A DNA stretch of 63,270 bases, the filler included, from Octopus bimaculoides (Eukaryota), in the NCBI RefSeq assembly GCF_001194135.2. It is 7 parts of 6 records of this genome, joined end to end, with 100 filler letters (N's around TTAATTAATTAA, not from the genome) between each part and the next. Parts side by side here need not be neighbours in the genome. Positions count along the whole stretch, not along the records: positions 50,395 to 57,310 come from NC_068984.1; positions 57,411 to 61,157 come from NC_068981.1; positions 61,258 to 63,270 come from NC_068984.1; 4 more parts are not named here. One strand, given 5' to 3'. The translations under genes and the position numbers were made by a program. Every line of letters starts with the position of its first letter. Position 1 is the first letter of the stretch. Of the stretch, positions 50,430-61,929 are shown piece after piece. The notes under the pieces were generated by a model. The model did not search any database. It worked only from the letters and a program-made list of their open reading frames with translations, and was not told the origin of the DNA.

Positions 50430-51064
50430 TAAATATATGTATGCATATATATGTGTGTGTATATATGTGTACATAATGTATATTTTATATATGTATGTAT
50501 GCCTGTATATATGAGATAATAGTTTCACTTTAATAGTTTCAGTATTAATAGTGAAAGTATTAAAGTGAAAGTATCTGACATTACAATAGAAACATGTTGT
50601 TTCACTTTCGACACGTAATACTGAAATAGTGGAAGATATAAGAAATTGCTCTGGGCTCCCATTAGGCATGGAGTTGAAAATTTTTTTGGCCCATAACACT
50701 GCATGGACCCTAAGTAAGGCATGTGTAAAATTTCAATGAAATTGGAATATATGTATGCATATATATATGTATGTATGCCTGTATATATGAGATAATAGTT
50801 TCAGAATTAATAGTGAAAGTATCTGACATTACAATAGAGACATGTTATTGTTTCACTTTCGACACGTAATACTGAAATATTGGAAGATATAAGAGATTGC
50901 TCTGGGCTCGCATTAGGTATGAAGTTGAAAATTCTTTTGGCCCATGACACTGCGTGGACCCTAAGTAATGCACGTGTAAAATTTGGATGAAATTTGTTGG
51001 GTTGTTCTCGAGTTTTAGGGATTGACACAGACAGATAGACATTCTTAGTTTTATATATTAAGAT
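50396..51064 (-). mobile_element. Putative non-autonomous Helitron-like repeat with an internal ~290-bp tandem duplication
   Basis: Minus strand begins ATCTTAATATATAAAACTAAGAATGTCTATCTGTCTG, a 5'-TC plus microsatellite start seen in Helitron-like repeats. Units ~50480-50750 and ~50770-51000 are duplicated. The 3' end is not visible because of the gap. Confidence 0.45.
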
Positions 51065-51109
51065 AAATAGATCGCCTTCAATTGTATTATATTAAACGAT
51101 ATATCCTGC

Positions 51110-51300
51110 GTACATTGCGTGGCACCTTGAGCAAGTATGTTATACTAGCAGTGGACCGATCAAAGCTTTGTCAGTGAATTCAGTATAAAATCCACTCACA
51201 AGGCTCTGGTCGAAGTAGAAAACACAAAGTGTCATGCAATGGGACTGAACCCTGATCCATGTGGTTAGGAAGCAAACTCCTTACCACACAGCCACTTTTG
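51110..51300. mobile_element. Two opposed SINE family B fragments
   Basis: GTGGCACCTTGAGCAAGT on plus, followed by the reverse-oriented AAATCCACTCACAAGGC..GGGACTGAACCC. Confidence 0.65.
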
Positions 51301-53280
51301 ATAAATGGTCTATTGATTGGATGGTCACGACTGGGAAGCATTTGTGTTATTTCCTGTTTTTCTGGTCAGCGAAACACACGAAAAGTTGTATTTCCTTGAA
51401 GTATACACTGACCAAACACACAGTGGCCTATAAACAATCTAAGTACATGTTGTTTACAAGTTTTCGTTTAGGTTTAACAATTTTACTTCTGAATAGTTTC
51501 GACGTATGGCGAACCAAATATTGTTAATAATTACTTGAAAACATGACTTGAGAGTTTTATTGTCAAGACTCTAGGACATCTTGTGTAACATTACCATAGT
51601 TAATATGTTGAAAGTAAAGTTGATACTTTTACCAAGGTTGTCACATGAGAAGTGATATCAGCTGGTTTCACTTACCTCGTTAGGCGGTGTGTAAAAAACA
51701 CGGCAAATGTCATTCTTTGTCTGTTCTCAATGGCGGTGTGAAGCCAGATCCAAGGCCGGTAACTCTAAATTTCTTCTTGAACTTGTCTCAGGAGAAAGTA
51801 AACAACTTCTTTTAGCTCCGTTGCCACCACAACCAGATCAACCTTACTCGAGCTGTCTTTTGGCCAGATGCGTTCTAGATGTGACCATCCCATTGTTTAA
51901 GTTTTGTGAAATAATCTGCGTGTTTATTTATTAGTTTTTTTTTTTAGTTTTTAATATCGCAATTGGTAAACAATATCGTCGTTGATTACAGGATTCTACT
52001 TTAATGACAGCGAGTGTGGCAGGGAAATATCCAAGACTCGGTACCGAATAAAGATCCTTGGTTCTTCGTTTGTAAAGCACCCATTTTCGGTTTTCTCGAC
52101 GATGTTTATTTGATTCCGCAAAAAGCAAAAACGCACGTGCATACACACACAGCATATATCACATAGGGTAGGCCATAAGTTGCAGAGGGGTTTAAAAAAA
52201 ATTCTATTGATATTTATTATAAAGTTTGAATGGCAACATAAAATAACTACTTTTCAATTTATAGCCTACTCTGTGTGCATGTGTATATGATAAACTTCTG
52301 CATTGTTTCAAGCAACCAATGTTCTTGGACATAACTTAAAACGTTACTTCCCCTTTCTTGGTTAAGCACAACACATACACAGACTGTAAAAATTAATGTC
52401 AAATAAAATTCTAACTTTTCACTTAATGAGTGATTTCTGTTTTCTAGTTGAGAAAACTTTAACAAACACTTGTAGCGAAACACTTCATAATTGCATTCTT
52501 TTGGTTTAAATAATTTGAAAACGGCTCCATGTAAAAGTCTCTAATGATTGGTCATGTGACCAGTCATGTGACATTGAAATACTTGGTTGAATCCAGCATT
52601 TGGATTGGTCTAGTTTTATGTGCGACATGGAACTCGTATCTAATCACAATGACAATGCTTGAATGATGCTTTTTACATGCCTCTGGCACAGGAGCCAGTT
52701 GGGGACACTGGCAACGGTCATGCTCAAATGGTGCTTTTTACCACCAAAAGCAGCAAATTCTAAATGTTAGCCTGAGTCTCATTTTGTCAATAAATAGCAC
52801 AAGGTTTTTCATTTTAGCCAGAGGGAAGAGATTGTTTCCAGGAAGCTATGTCACATTATTTTTGTTCCTGTAGAAGCACATGTAACCAAGTTCAACTGAG
52901 TCAAAAAACCAACTATGCATGATTTCCTACAGACAGCATTCTTCATGATGTATTAATCTGGTTCCCTGTATAATTTTATTTAGTGGAAGAATAAAGTGTT
53001 GCTGTTAATTGAAAGCTCATTTCTTGTATTATTTCCATCAAGAAAGAAAAAAGGGAACAAATCCAACTACAGGATTCTAAGTATCTTTCATTTGCAAAGT
53101 AATTATAGCTAATTACTGTTCATATTTTGAAGCTTATTCTTTCCTTGTGCTGGTATTTCACCATTTTTGCGGCTTATTAACATCACGTACCTAAATCAAA
53201 CTGGAGAATAACTCAATCACCAGTCTATGACTATATACAAATAGTGTAAGAACTATTTGCTGGTATACTACAGCAAAGCA

Positions 53281-53545
53281 TGTCATCATCATCATCATCA
53301 TCATCGTTTAACATCCGCTTTCCATGCTAGCACTGGGCAATTGCGCCTCCACACCAGGCAATACCTAATACATAAATCCACCAGTGTGTCCGAAGGCCAG
53401 TCAGGCGGTACTGGCAACGGCCACGCTCAAAATGGTGTATTTTATGTGCCACCCGCACAAGAGCCAGTCCAGGGGCACTGGCAACGATCTCGCTGAAAAA
53501 TCCTACGAAGGCCAGTCAGGCGGTACTGGCAATGGCCACGCTAAG
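53281..53545 (-). mobile_element. Retroposon 3' end with a (GAT)n tail (RTE-like, inferred) and an internal ~36-bp duplication
   Basis: (CAT)n-CGTTTAACATCCGCTTTCCATGC start also appears at 57170-57240. A related GGCAACGGTCATGCTCAAATGG motif lies at 52670-52740. GAAGGCCAGTCAGGCGGTACTGGCAA is repeated. Confidence 0.55.
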
Positions 53546-53707
53546 ATTAAATTCAATTATGAATTAAAAGCAGAGCTAAAGTTATGAATATTATTGACTA
53601 CACATACTCAGTGTATGTGTTTTGCTTGTTCACTGGTTTGCTGCAGTACAGCACTCTAGGGACAACTCCCTCATAGTAGAATTTCAGTGTGATACTGGAC
53701 TGTCTTG

Positions 53708-54015
53708 TGGAGGCACGTGGCCTAGTGGTTAGAGCAGTGGACTTTCAGTCAAGGGATCACGGGTTCGAATCTCAGACCAGGCAATGTGTGTGCTTATGAG
53801 CAAAACTCCTAAGCTTCATGTGGCTCCAGTTAAAGGTAATGGCATACATCTGCTGACTCTTTTGCCACAACTTTCTCTCACTCTTTCCTCCTGCATCTAG
53901 CAGCTTACCTGCGATGGACCGGCGTCCCGTCCAGGTGGGAAACCTATACACCAATAAACTGGGAAACCAGCCCTTATGAGCCGGGCTTGACTCAAGAAGG
54001 AACAAACAACAAACA
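53708..54015 (+). mobile_element. tRNA-derived SINE related to family C, with a different 3' half
   Basis: Head and central CCACAACTTTCTCTCACTCTT are shared with family C. The tail GCGATGGACCGGCGTCCCGTCCAGG..CTTGACTCAAGAAGG(AAC)n is unrelated to the family C tail. Confidence 0.85.
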
Positions 54016-54559
54016 ACACCAACTGGACTGTGTTAGACAATAGTTATGCAGCTTATCAACTGATGTTTGAGGATGAAAGAATTGTCTGTGATCCTCATAC
54101 AATGATATGATGTATATCAGTATATCAACATTAGTTTGGTTGGGGAGTTCTGTTTTTGTTTTTCAGTATAAAATTTATTGATGCTAATTTGACAGATGAA
54201 TTTGGCAGAGCTCCTTTGGTGTAATTGATTACATGATCACAAGATACAAAATTCAAATTTCCTAGTGGTATCTTTTTTGCCTCAAGCCATACTTGTAAAA
54301 TGTTCGTGTTGTGTGTGTATTTCTTTTTAATAATATTCTTTATTGAATGAAAGAGATGGTTTCTTATGGAGAAACAAATCCTCTAGTAGTAATGATTAAA
54401 TAACAACAGCTATATCTCAAAATTTAAGAAAGCCTTGCATATTTTGTTGTTCCACTTACAGATTGTATCAGCAAAGTTCAAGTTATCTGGTTTCTTTCTT
54501 TGCTTGGAAATCCTAAGCTTCTTCCAGATTGTAGCTTAGACATTTATTTCTTTTTCTTT

Positions 54560-55325
54560 TTCTTTTTACTTGTTTCAGTCATTTGACTGCAGCCATGCTG
54601 GAGCACTGCCTTTAGTCAAGCAAACTGACCCCAGTCTCTTTTGTTGTACTGTTAAGTTACGGGGATGTAAACACACCNNNNNNNNNNNNNNNNNNNNNNN
54701 NNNNNNNNNNNNNNNNNNNNNNNNNNNNNNNNNNNNNNNNNNNNNNNNNNNNNNNNNNNNNNNNNNNNNNNNNNNNNNNNNNNNNNNNNNNNNNNNNNNN
54801 NNNNNNNNNNNNNNNNNNNNNNNNNNNNNNNNNNNNNNNNNNNNNNNNNNNNNNNNNNNNNNNNNNNNNNNNNNNNNNNNNNNNNNNNNNNNNNNNNNNN
54901 NNNNNNNNNNNNNNNNNNNNNNNNNNNNNNNNNNNNNNNNNNNNNNNNNNNNNNNNNNNNNNNNNNNNNNNNNNNNNNNNNNNNNNNNNNNNNNNNNNNN
55001 NNNNNNNNNNNNNNNNNNNNNNNNNNNNNNNNNNNNNNNNNNNNNNNNNNNNNNNNNNNNNNNNNNNNNNNNNNNNNNNNNNNNNNNNNNNNNNNNNNNN
55101 NNNNNNNNNNNNNNNNNNNNNNNNNNNNNNNNNNNNNNNNNNNNNNNNNNNNNNNNNNNNNNATATATATGACGTGCTTCTTTCAGTTTCTGTCTACCAA
55201 ATCCATTCACAAGGCTTTGGTCGGCCTGAGGCTATAGTAGAAGACAAGGTGCCATGCAGTGACTCTGAACCCAGAACCATGTGGTTCATAAGCAAGCTAC
55301 TTACCACACACCCACTCCTACGCCT
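54560..55325 (-). mobile_element. SINE family B copy spanning a gap, CpG-decayed
   Basis: The tail (54560-54677) and head (55170-55325) match family B. Confidence 0.8.
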
Positions 55326-55725
55326 ATGCTGATATGTATGCAAACATTTCATAGCAGAGGTGTTGTTGATATTTATCCCAGAGCAATCGTTCTGCAAATG
55401 GTATTTTGGCATCAACATGTTGTCACAATGGGAGGCAGTACCTCAATGACATTTGTGCACAGATTCTGGTTGCATGCATTATGTCCTCCACAAAGAGTAC
55501 ATCTTATGATTTTATGGATTTTGCTGTTTCATTTGTTCATGGGATATTTTGTAGCCATCTGCTCTTCTTGGATTGCAAAAGCCTAGCCTTCAAGATGTGT
55601 CATGATGTAGCTGTCAGAACTGCATGTATATATTTCAAAGATTGTGTATGTATGATTATGTCCAAATCTCTTCCCACTCTCTCATTTTTATGTAACATGC
55701 ATTTTATCTTCTATTGCCTCCCATC

Positions 55726-56103
55726 GGAGGCGCAATGGCCCAGTAGTTAGGGCAGCGGACTCGCGGTCATAGGATCGCGGTTTTGATTCCCAGACCGGGC
55801 GTTGTGAGTGTTTATTCACGAAAACTCCTAAAGCTCCAAGAGACTCCGGCAGGGGATGGTGGTGAACCCTGCTGTACTCTTTCACCACAACTTTCTCTCA
55901 CTCTTACTTCCTGTTTCTGTTGTGCCTGTAATTCAAAGGGCCAGCCTTGTCACACTGTGTCACACTGAATATCCCCGAGAACTACGTTAAGGGTGCACGT
56001 GTCTGTGGAGTGCTCAGCCACTTGCACGTTAATTTCACGAGCAGGGTGTTCCGTTGGTCGGATCAACTGGAACCCTCGACGTCGTAAGCGACGGAGTGCC
56101 AAC
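55726..56103 (+). mobile_element. SINE family C, full length, with a 13-bp TSD
   Basis: GGAGGCGCAATGGCCCAGTAG head and perfect TSD ATTGCCTCCCATC at 55713-55725 and 56104-56116. Confidence 0.95.
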
Positions 56104-56172
56104 ATTGCCTCCCATCAAACTCTGTAAATTTTACTTCTCTACCTATCCCTCATTTTCTTTTATCTATTATGT

Positions 56173-56255
<83 letters not shown>
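56173..56255. repeat. (CT)n microsatellite
   Basis: Directly visible. Confidence 0.95.
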
Positions 56256-56518
56256 GTTCCCTACTTATTGCCCTTCATAAAAAATTTGCCAGAGTTCTTC
56301 AAGTTTGATATCAAAAGTTGTTTTATTCAAAATATTGTCACCAAAACACTATCTTTGTTTACATTTCAATATGTTGTCTCTTATTTTTTTTAAAAATCCT
56401 TTGTTCATTGACTTCTACATCCCTTCATACACTGTATATTTTGTTTCCTCTCATTCCTCATTCTCTTTCACTTATCATATGTTCTCTCTCTATATATATA
56501 CATATATATAATATATAC

Positions 56519-56590
<72 letters not shown>

Positions 56591-56635
56591 CACGCACACA
56601 CATACACACATACATTCTCTCTTTCGCTCTCTCCT

Positions 56636-56666
<31 letters not shown>

Positions 56667-57030
56667 GTTCCTCTTTGTTTATTTCCCCCTCTCTCTCTTT
56701 CTCATTATGTATTTCTCTCTCGCACACCCCTCTTTTTCTCAACGTTTCCTGCTCCTCATAAAAAAATTTGACAGCAACTTGGATGTTTAATATAAAAAGT
56801 TGTTTTATTTTTTTTTTTAAATATGTCACAGAATAATTATCATTGTTTAATATCTATACATCACATCATATTACATTTCTTAAAATCATATTTTTAGAAT
56901 TTCTCTTGTACTGAAATTCCAGTCATAGTTCAGTATCAGACAGTAATAATTTCATTCAAGTACATCAAAATTCATGTGGATTCTTGATCATTCTCTTTTT
57001 TTATATAAAAGTTTTTTCATCTCTGAACAG

Positions 57031-57114
57031 GAAAAGATACGCAAAATTGATATTATTCCCACCAATAATGTCACACAAAAAATGCCAACTTACATCTTCT
57101 GTTGTCAAACACAA
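57031..57114 (+). CDS. Candidate isolated exon of an unknown gene
   Basis: TTTTTTCATCTCTGAACAG acceptor and GTATGC donor, 84 nt, two open frames. The peptide is not recognised. Confidence 0.3.
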
Positions 57115-57415
57115 GTATGCTCTAAGGGTAGCATAAATATATTGACAGAGTCAACAAAAACTCAATCTAATCATCATTTTCATCATCATCATCATTTAAT
57201 GTCCATTTTTCATGCTGGCATGGGTTGGATGGTTTGACAGGAGCTGACAAGGACAGGAGTTGGCAAGGACAGGAGCTGACAAGGGCAGGAGCTGACAAGG
57301 GCAGGAGCTGNNNNNNNNNNNNNNNNNNNNNNNNNNNNNNNNNNNNNNNNNNNNTTAATTAATTAANNNNNNNNNNNNNNNNNNNNNNNNNNNNNNNNNN
57401 NNNNNNNNNNTATAC

Positions 57416-57473
<58 letters not shown>

Positions 57474-57840
57474 CACATATATGCAATGAATATATATGCA
57501 ATGAATACTTGAAATGACTTAAATTGTCGGGATGTTTTTCAACGAGAATGTGTGTGTGTGACACACACCTATATATATATATATAATGAGTAGAGATAAA
57601 TAATTCATGGGTCTGTCGAAGACATTAGATTCTTGGAAATTTTCCTCTTAATGTAGGGATTTAGCACCTCGGTTGTACATAAAAAAAGGCATGAAAACAT
57701 TTAAAACCTCACCAGCTAGCAGCGAAGGAGTTCAGTGAATCTAACATGTACAACGAACAGTTATTATTACATTAAATTTCTTTCAGTAACACTTAACATT
57801 CTTGTAAAATTTTTTTTTTTGATAAATTGATCTTATATAG

Positions 57841-58004
57841 GCACATCCAACCCGACTTGGATGAGTTGTTTATAACGCTTAGGACTGCGGTAAATCATCT
57901 TGCGTAGACAACAAATGCTATCAAGTACAGATATCGGTTGATATTTCGTCAATACCAGCGGTTCTAGGCGTTATAAACAACACATCTTAGTTAGGTTGGT
58001 GTGT
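57841..58004. mobile_element. Short MITE-like element with ~40-bp imperfect inverted repeats
   Basis: CATCCAACCCGACTTGGATGAGTTGTTTATAACGCTTAGGA versus TCTAGGCGTTATAAACAACACATCTTAGTTAGGTTGGTGTG. Confidence 0.65.
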
Positions 58005-58404
58005 TAATATTTGTTACAAAGGCTGCTTTTGTTGCCAATAGCTAATTCATACACAGCCCTCACTGGCTGTTTAGCCGGTACTAAATTATATTGGTTTGGC
58101 TGACTGTTGCTGACGATCCCCATTTCGTGAAATTACAGGATACAATAGTGCCATCCGCCGGTGCTAACGAAATATCGTCAATTGATTATTTGCTTTTTAG
58201 TATTTTTCTACACAAGCTATATATATATATATATATATATATATATNNNNNNNNNNNNNNNNNNNNNNNNNNNNNNNNNNNNNNNNNNNNNNNNNNNNNN
58301 NNNNNNNNNNNNNNNNNNNNNNNNNNNNNNNNNNNNNNNNNNNNNNNNNNNNNNNNNNNNNNNNNNNNNNNNNNNNNNNNNNNNNNNNNNNNNNNAAATT
58401 TCAT

Positions 58405-58830
58405 CTTACCGGATATATTTCTTCATTGCCCACAAGGGGCTAAACATAGAGGGGATAAACAAGGACAGACAAAGGGATTAAGTCGGCTACATCGACACCA
58501 GTGCGTAACTGGTACTTATTTAATCGACTCCGAAAGGATGAAAGGTAGTCGACCTCGGTGGAATTTGAACTCAGAACGTAAAGACAATTGAAATACCTAT
58601 TTCTTTACTGCCCACAAGGGGCTACACACAGAGGGGACAAACAAGGACAGACAAACGGATTAAGTCGATTATATCGACCCCAGTACGTAACTGGTACTTA
58701 ATTTAGCGACCCCGAAAGGATGAAAGGCAAAGTCGACCTCGGCGGAATTTGAACTCAGAACGTAAAGACAGTTGAAATACCGCTAAGCATTTCGCCCGGC
58801 GTGCTAACGATTCTGCCAGCTCGCCGCCTT
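58405..58830 (-). mobile_element. Tandem pair of SINE family A copies carrying the GTCTGTCCTTG..GGGCAATAAAGAAAT-type tail
   Basis: Two head-to-tail units (about 58405-58590 and 58595-58830). The rightmost has the complete head AAGGCGGCGAGCTGGCAGAATCGTTAGCACGCCGGGCG. Confidence 0.92.
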
Positions 58831-58873
58831 TCTCTAGTAAAAACACCGGATAGATGAACAACCCCGAGTGGAT

Positions 58874-58948
58874 AATCTAGTACACGCGTTTCGGTTTTTC
58901 CTAATACGCCTGTTATCGTAAATTCGGTTAGTCCTCATCAGTTAGATT
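58874..58948 (-). ncRNA. Type I hammerhead-like motif with an intact catalytic core
   Basis: Minus strand reads AATCTAA-CTGATGA-GG..(38 nt)..CC-GAAAC-GCGT-GTA-CTAGATT. Stem I is AATCTA/TAGATT with an A-C mismatch at the first pair. Confidence 0.6.
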
Positions 58949-58989
58949 CACCAAACACGAAATTTTAAAATAATGGTCTTTGAAAAAAA

Positions 58990-60022
58990 AAAAGAAAAAA
59001 ATATTAGGTATGCACTATTGTACGTACTTTGTCACAATTATCTTCATTTCGACTGTCACCAAATCGTTGTCCCCAAAGACTGTCCGTTGGATCGAATAAG
59101 TGTATGTCGGAGGACGCCAGATCCGAACTGTACGGTCCTGTATTGTCGTAGTGAATGTGGATAGTTCAGAATTTTTGATCGGTCTCTTCCACTTAATGGG
59201 CTTCCCTAAATTTTTTTTCATCGTCTCAATGTACCGCTCCCCGTTCACGGTACAACTCTGTTGCAAAAGATTCAAGAAAAATAATGCCCTTGCCATTCCC
59301 TAAAACAGTCACCACAACTTTTTATGCCAACCACGAGGTTTTGAAATTTTTAGCTCTTGGAAAAGAGGTGTAATGCTATTCCATGGATTGCTTTCATTTT
59401 TGGTTCATAAAGATACATTTCATTCCTAATTGAGAAAAAAATGTCTTCATTGGTTTTAAACACTCCCAGCAGATCAGAGCAGACTTCTTCTCGTCTCTTT
59501 CAAATCGGATGTCAACTGCTGAAGCACTCACTTTTCTCTTACCTTCCGATACCCCAAATCTTCCATTACCTTCTGCAATGCATTGTGCCCATAGTCCTGT
59601 TGTACAGCAAGCTCACGGATTAACACTCGTCTGTCCGCGTGAATTATTTCATCCACTCACTGGCCATTGGTGTCTTTGTCACACTTGATGGCTTTTCACT
59701 GCGTGGTTTGTCTTCAATAACTAGTTTCCCCTTCTTTAAGCTTCATCCATCTGGGTACATTACTTTTGTGAATGGTATCATCTCGGTCAACAACCCGTTA
59801 CCTTCAATGGATGTCGGACATCTTGCATCCCTTTCTGTCAAATAATTCAATGACAGTACGTTGCTTTTGCTTGGAATTTATTTGCTTGCAATGAAGAAAA
59901 TCAGGAAGAAGAGAAACTACTGACGAAAAGTCACTCTACCAACATGCGCAATCTCAACGGCCTATGTCATTAAATAAAATAGTTATGGCCACTTGCATTA
60001 CTTTCGGGGAACCCGCTTCATA
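58990..60022 (-). mobile_element. Old mariner relic with an internal deletion
   Basis: KQRTVIELF..IEDKPRS; LYEPKMK; CTVNGERYIETMKK..KRP; HYDNTGPYSSDLASSDIHLF, where HDN is fused directly to the YSPDL region. TIR-like TATGAAGCGGGTTCCCCGAAAGTAATGCA. Confidence 0.75.
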
Positions 60023-60529
60023 CATCTATAAATATTTTCTCTCTTACACACACATTAGCATTCACATGTATCAAATACAATTGCTATTTCTTGTATATTT
60101 GGTTTGTCACATTTTCTTTTACTTGTCTGTATAAATCATCTTTTCCAGACCATTCTTCAAGATTCTTTAACTCCTTTGAGACCGGTAAATAACCTTATTC
60201 ATCAGAAAGCATATTTAGAAACGTCATTACTTATCCTTCATCCCATCCCAAGAGTTATTGGATTCCTGCCATTTCTGGGGATAGTAGGTATATAGGGATT
60301 GCTTAATTAGATCACTGAATTAGATGCCTTCACGGAAGTTTAATTGCTTTTCTGGAAGTAATCCAAATGTTAAAGCATTATTCCTCTTTAGATTCAGAGT
60401 ACATATTTTAGATTTCATTCTTTTTGATAACGTCGTTGAAAACATTTTACTAATTTTGGTGGGTGAAAGCAATAGCCTATTATTAATAATTTCTAATTTA
60501 AGTACAGGGCCAGCAACGTTTGAGCCGGT

Positions 60530-60705
60530 GGTAGGGTTAGTTGATACCATCTACCTTAGTATTTGCCTGATGTTGTATTATACCGACTACGAAAGGATGA
60601 AAGTTAAAGTTGACCACGGTGGTATTTCAACTCAGAACTTAAAAAGCCGGAAGAATTACTGCAAAACATTTTTTCCGACGACCTACTCTAACGATTCTGA
60701 CAGTT
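60530..60705 (-). mobile_element. SINE family A degenerate copy
   Basis: Match to the family A core. Confidence 0.7.
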
Positions 60706-60749
60706 CATTGCCTTTAAATATTTTTTATTATTCAGGATTTGGAAAATAT

Positions 60750-61157
60750 ATCAAGAATATCAGGGGCTAAAAACAGATGGGACAATACACACATGTGGGG
60801 ATAATTAACACATGATAGAATGGAACAATGAAATTAAACAATGATGATGGGATGGCCACCCCAGCCCCACCCCGGGGGCGGCCGCGTTATTTCAATAATT
60901 CTTAATAGCTCCTTTCACAGTCTTCGATAGTTCTTTTCAAAATTATCTCAATAATTTATCCAAAATAAAACTACTCACCATTTTATATAATCTTTTATTT
61001 CCTCGTAGTTCACCACTGGAGCGCTGGGTTCGAAATTCACCTCGGGCCTCAGTGGGTTTATATCTGTCGGGAAAGCCTCTTTTAATTTTTTATACTTTTC
61101 TTTTTCTATTAAAATCCATCTCGCCTCCTTATCGCAACGGTCCGAGAGGTCCACTTT
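60750..61157 (-). mobile_element. ORF1-only-family element, copy E (distant 3' fragment)
   Basis: Minus strand encodes KVDLSDRCDKEARWILIEKEKYKKLKEAFPTDINPLRPEVNFEPSAPVVNYEEIKDYIKW*, similar to the C-terminal domain of copies B and C. The 3' UTR has a GC-rich hairpin, GCCATCCCATCATCAT, and a TTGTCCCATCTGTTTTTAGCCCCTG tail. Confidence 0.6.
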
Positions 61158-61524
61158 NNNNNNNNNNNNNNNNNNNNNNNNNNNNNNNNNNNNNNNNNNN
61201 NTTAATTAATTAANNNNNNNNNNNNNNNNNNNNNNNNNNNNNNNNNNNNNNNNNNNNACATACATATGTATGCATACATATATACATAATAATTTCCTTT
61301 CGTATCAACATTGAAGCTTATCCTATTAAGCTCATCTATGAGCCCAGATTATCAGACAATTTGTAATCCGGAGATTGCTTCTTATATCAAACACACGCCT
61401 GAAAATACCACAAGTACCCGTAGAATCTTTACAAATACGACAAAGGAGACTGAAGTAAGTTCTTGTTTTCCATTAATTTACAATTGTTTCATCGGAAATT
61501 GACCTCATGAATATTGCTATCACA

Positions 61525-61622
61525 TACATACATGCATACATACATACATGCATACATACATACATACATACATACATACATACATGCACACAAACATACA
61601 TACATGCATATATACATACATA
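61525..61622. repeat. (CATA)n microsatellite
   Basis: Directly visible. Confidence 0.9.
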
Positions 61623-61674
61623 TAAAAGTAAATGTAGGGATAAGTAAGTTAGACATCAATATATAAAGAATATC

Positions 61675-61870
61675 CATTTCTTTATTGCCCACAGGGGGGG
61701 GGATAAACATAGAGGGGACGAACAAGGACAGACAAAGGGATTAAGTCGATTACATCGACCTCAGTGCGTAACTGATACTTATTTAATCAACCTCGAAAGG
61801 ATGAAAGGCAAAGTCAAACGCAGCGGAATTTGAACTCAGAACATAACGGCACTAAGCATTTCGCCAGCTC
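61675..61870 (-). mobile_element. SINE family A copy with the GTCTGTCCTTG..GGGCAATAAAGAAAT tail
   Basis: Same tail as the copies at 58405-58830. Confidence 0.88.
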
Positions 61871-61929
61871 TAAATACATGAAATACAAAAATGGTTACAT
61901 ACAAAAGGTCCGACTTACACAGAATACAA

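Noticed and set aside
57240-57310. Short tandem GGAGCTGACAAGG(A/G)CA repeats as a CRISPR-like array
   Set aside because: These are adjacent minisatellite units with no unique spacers, in a eukaryotic context with no cas genes.
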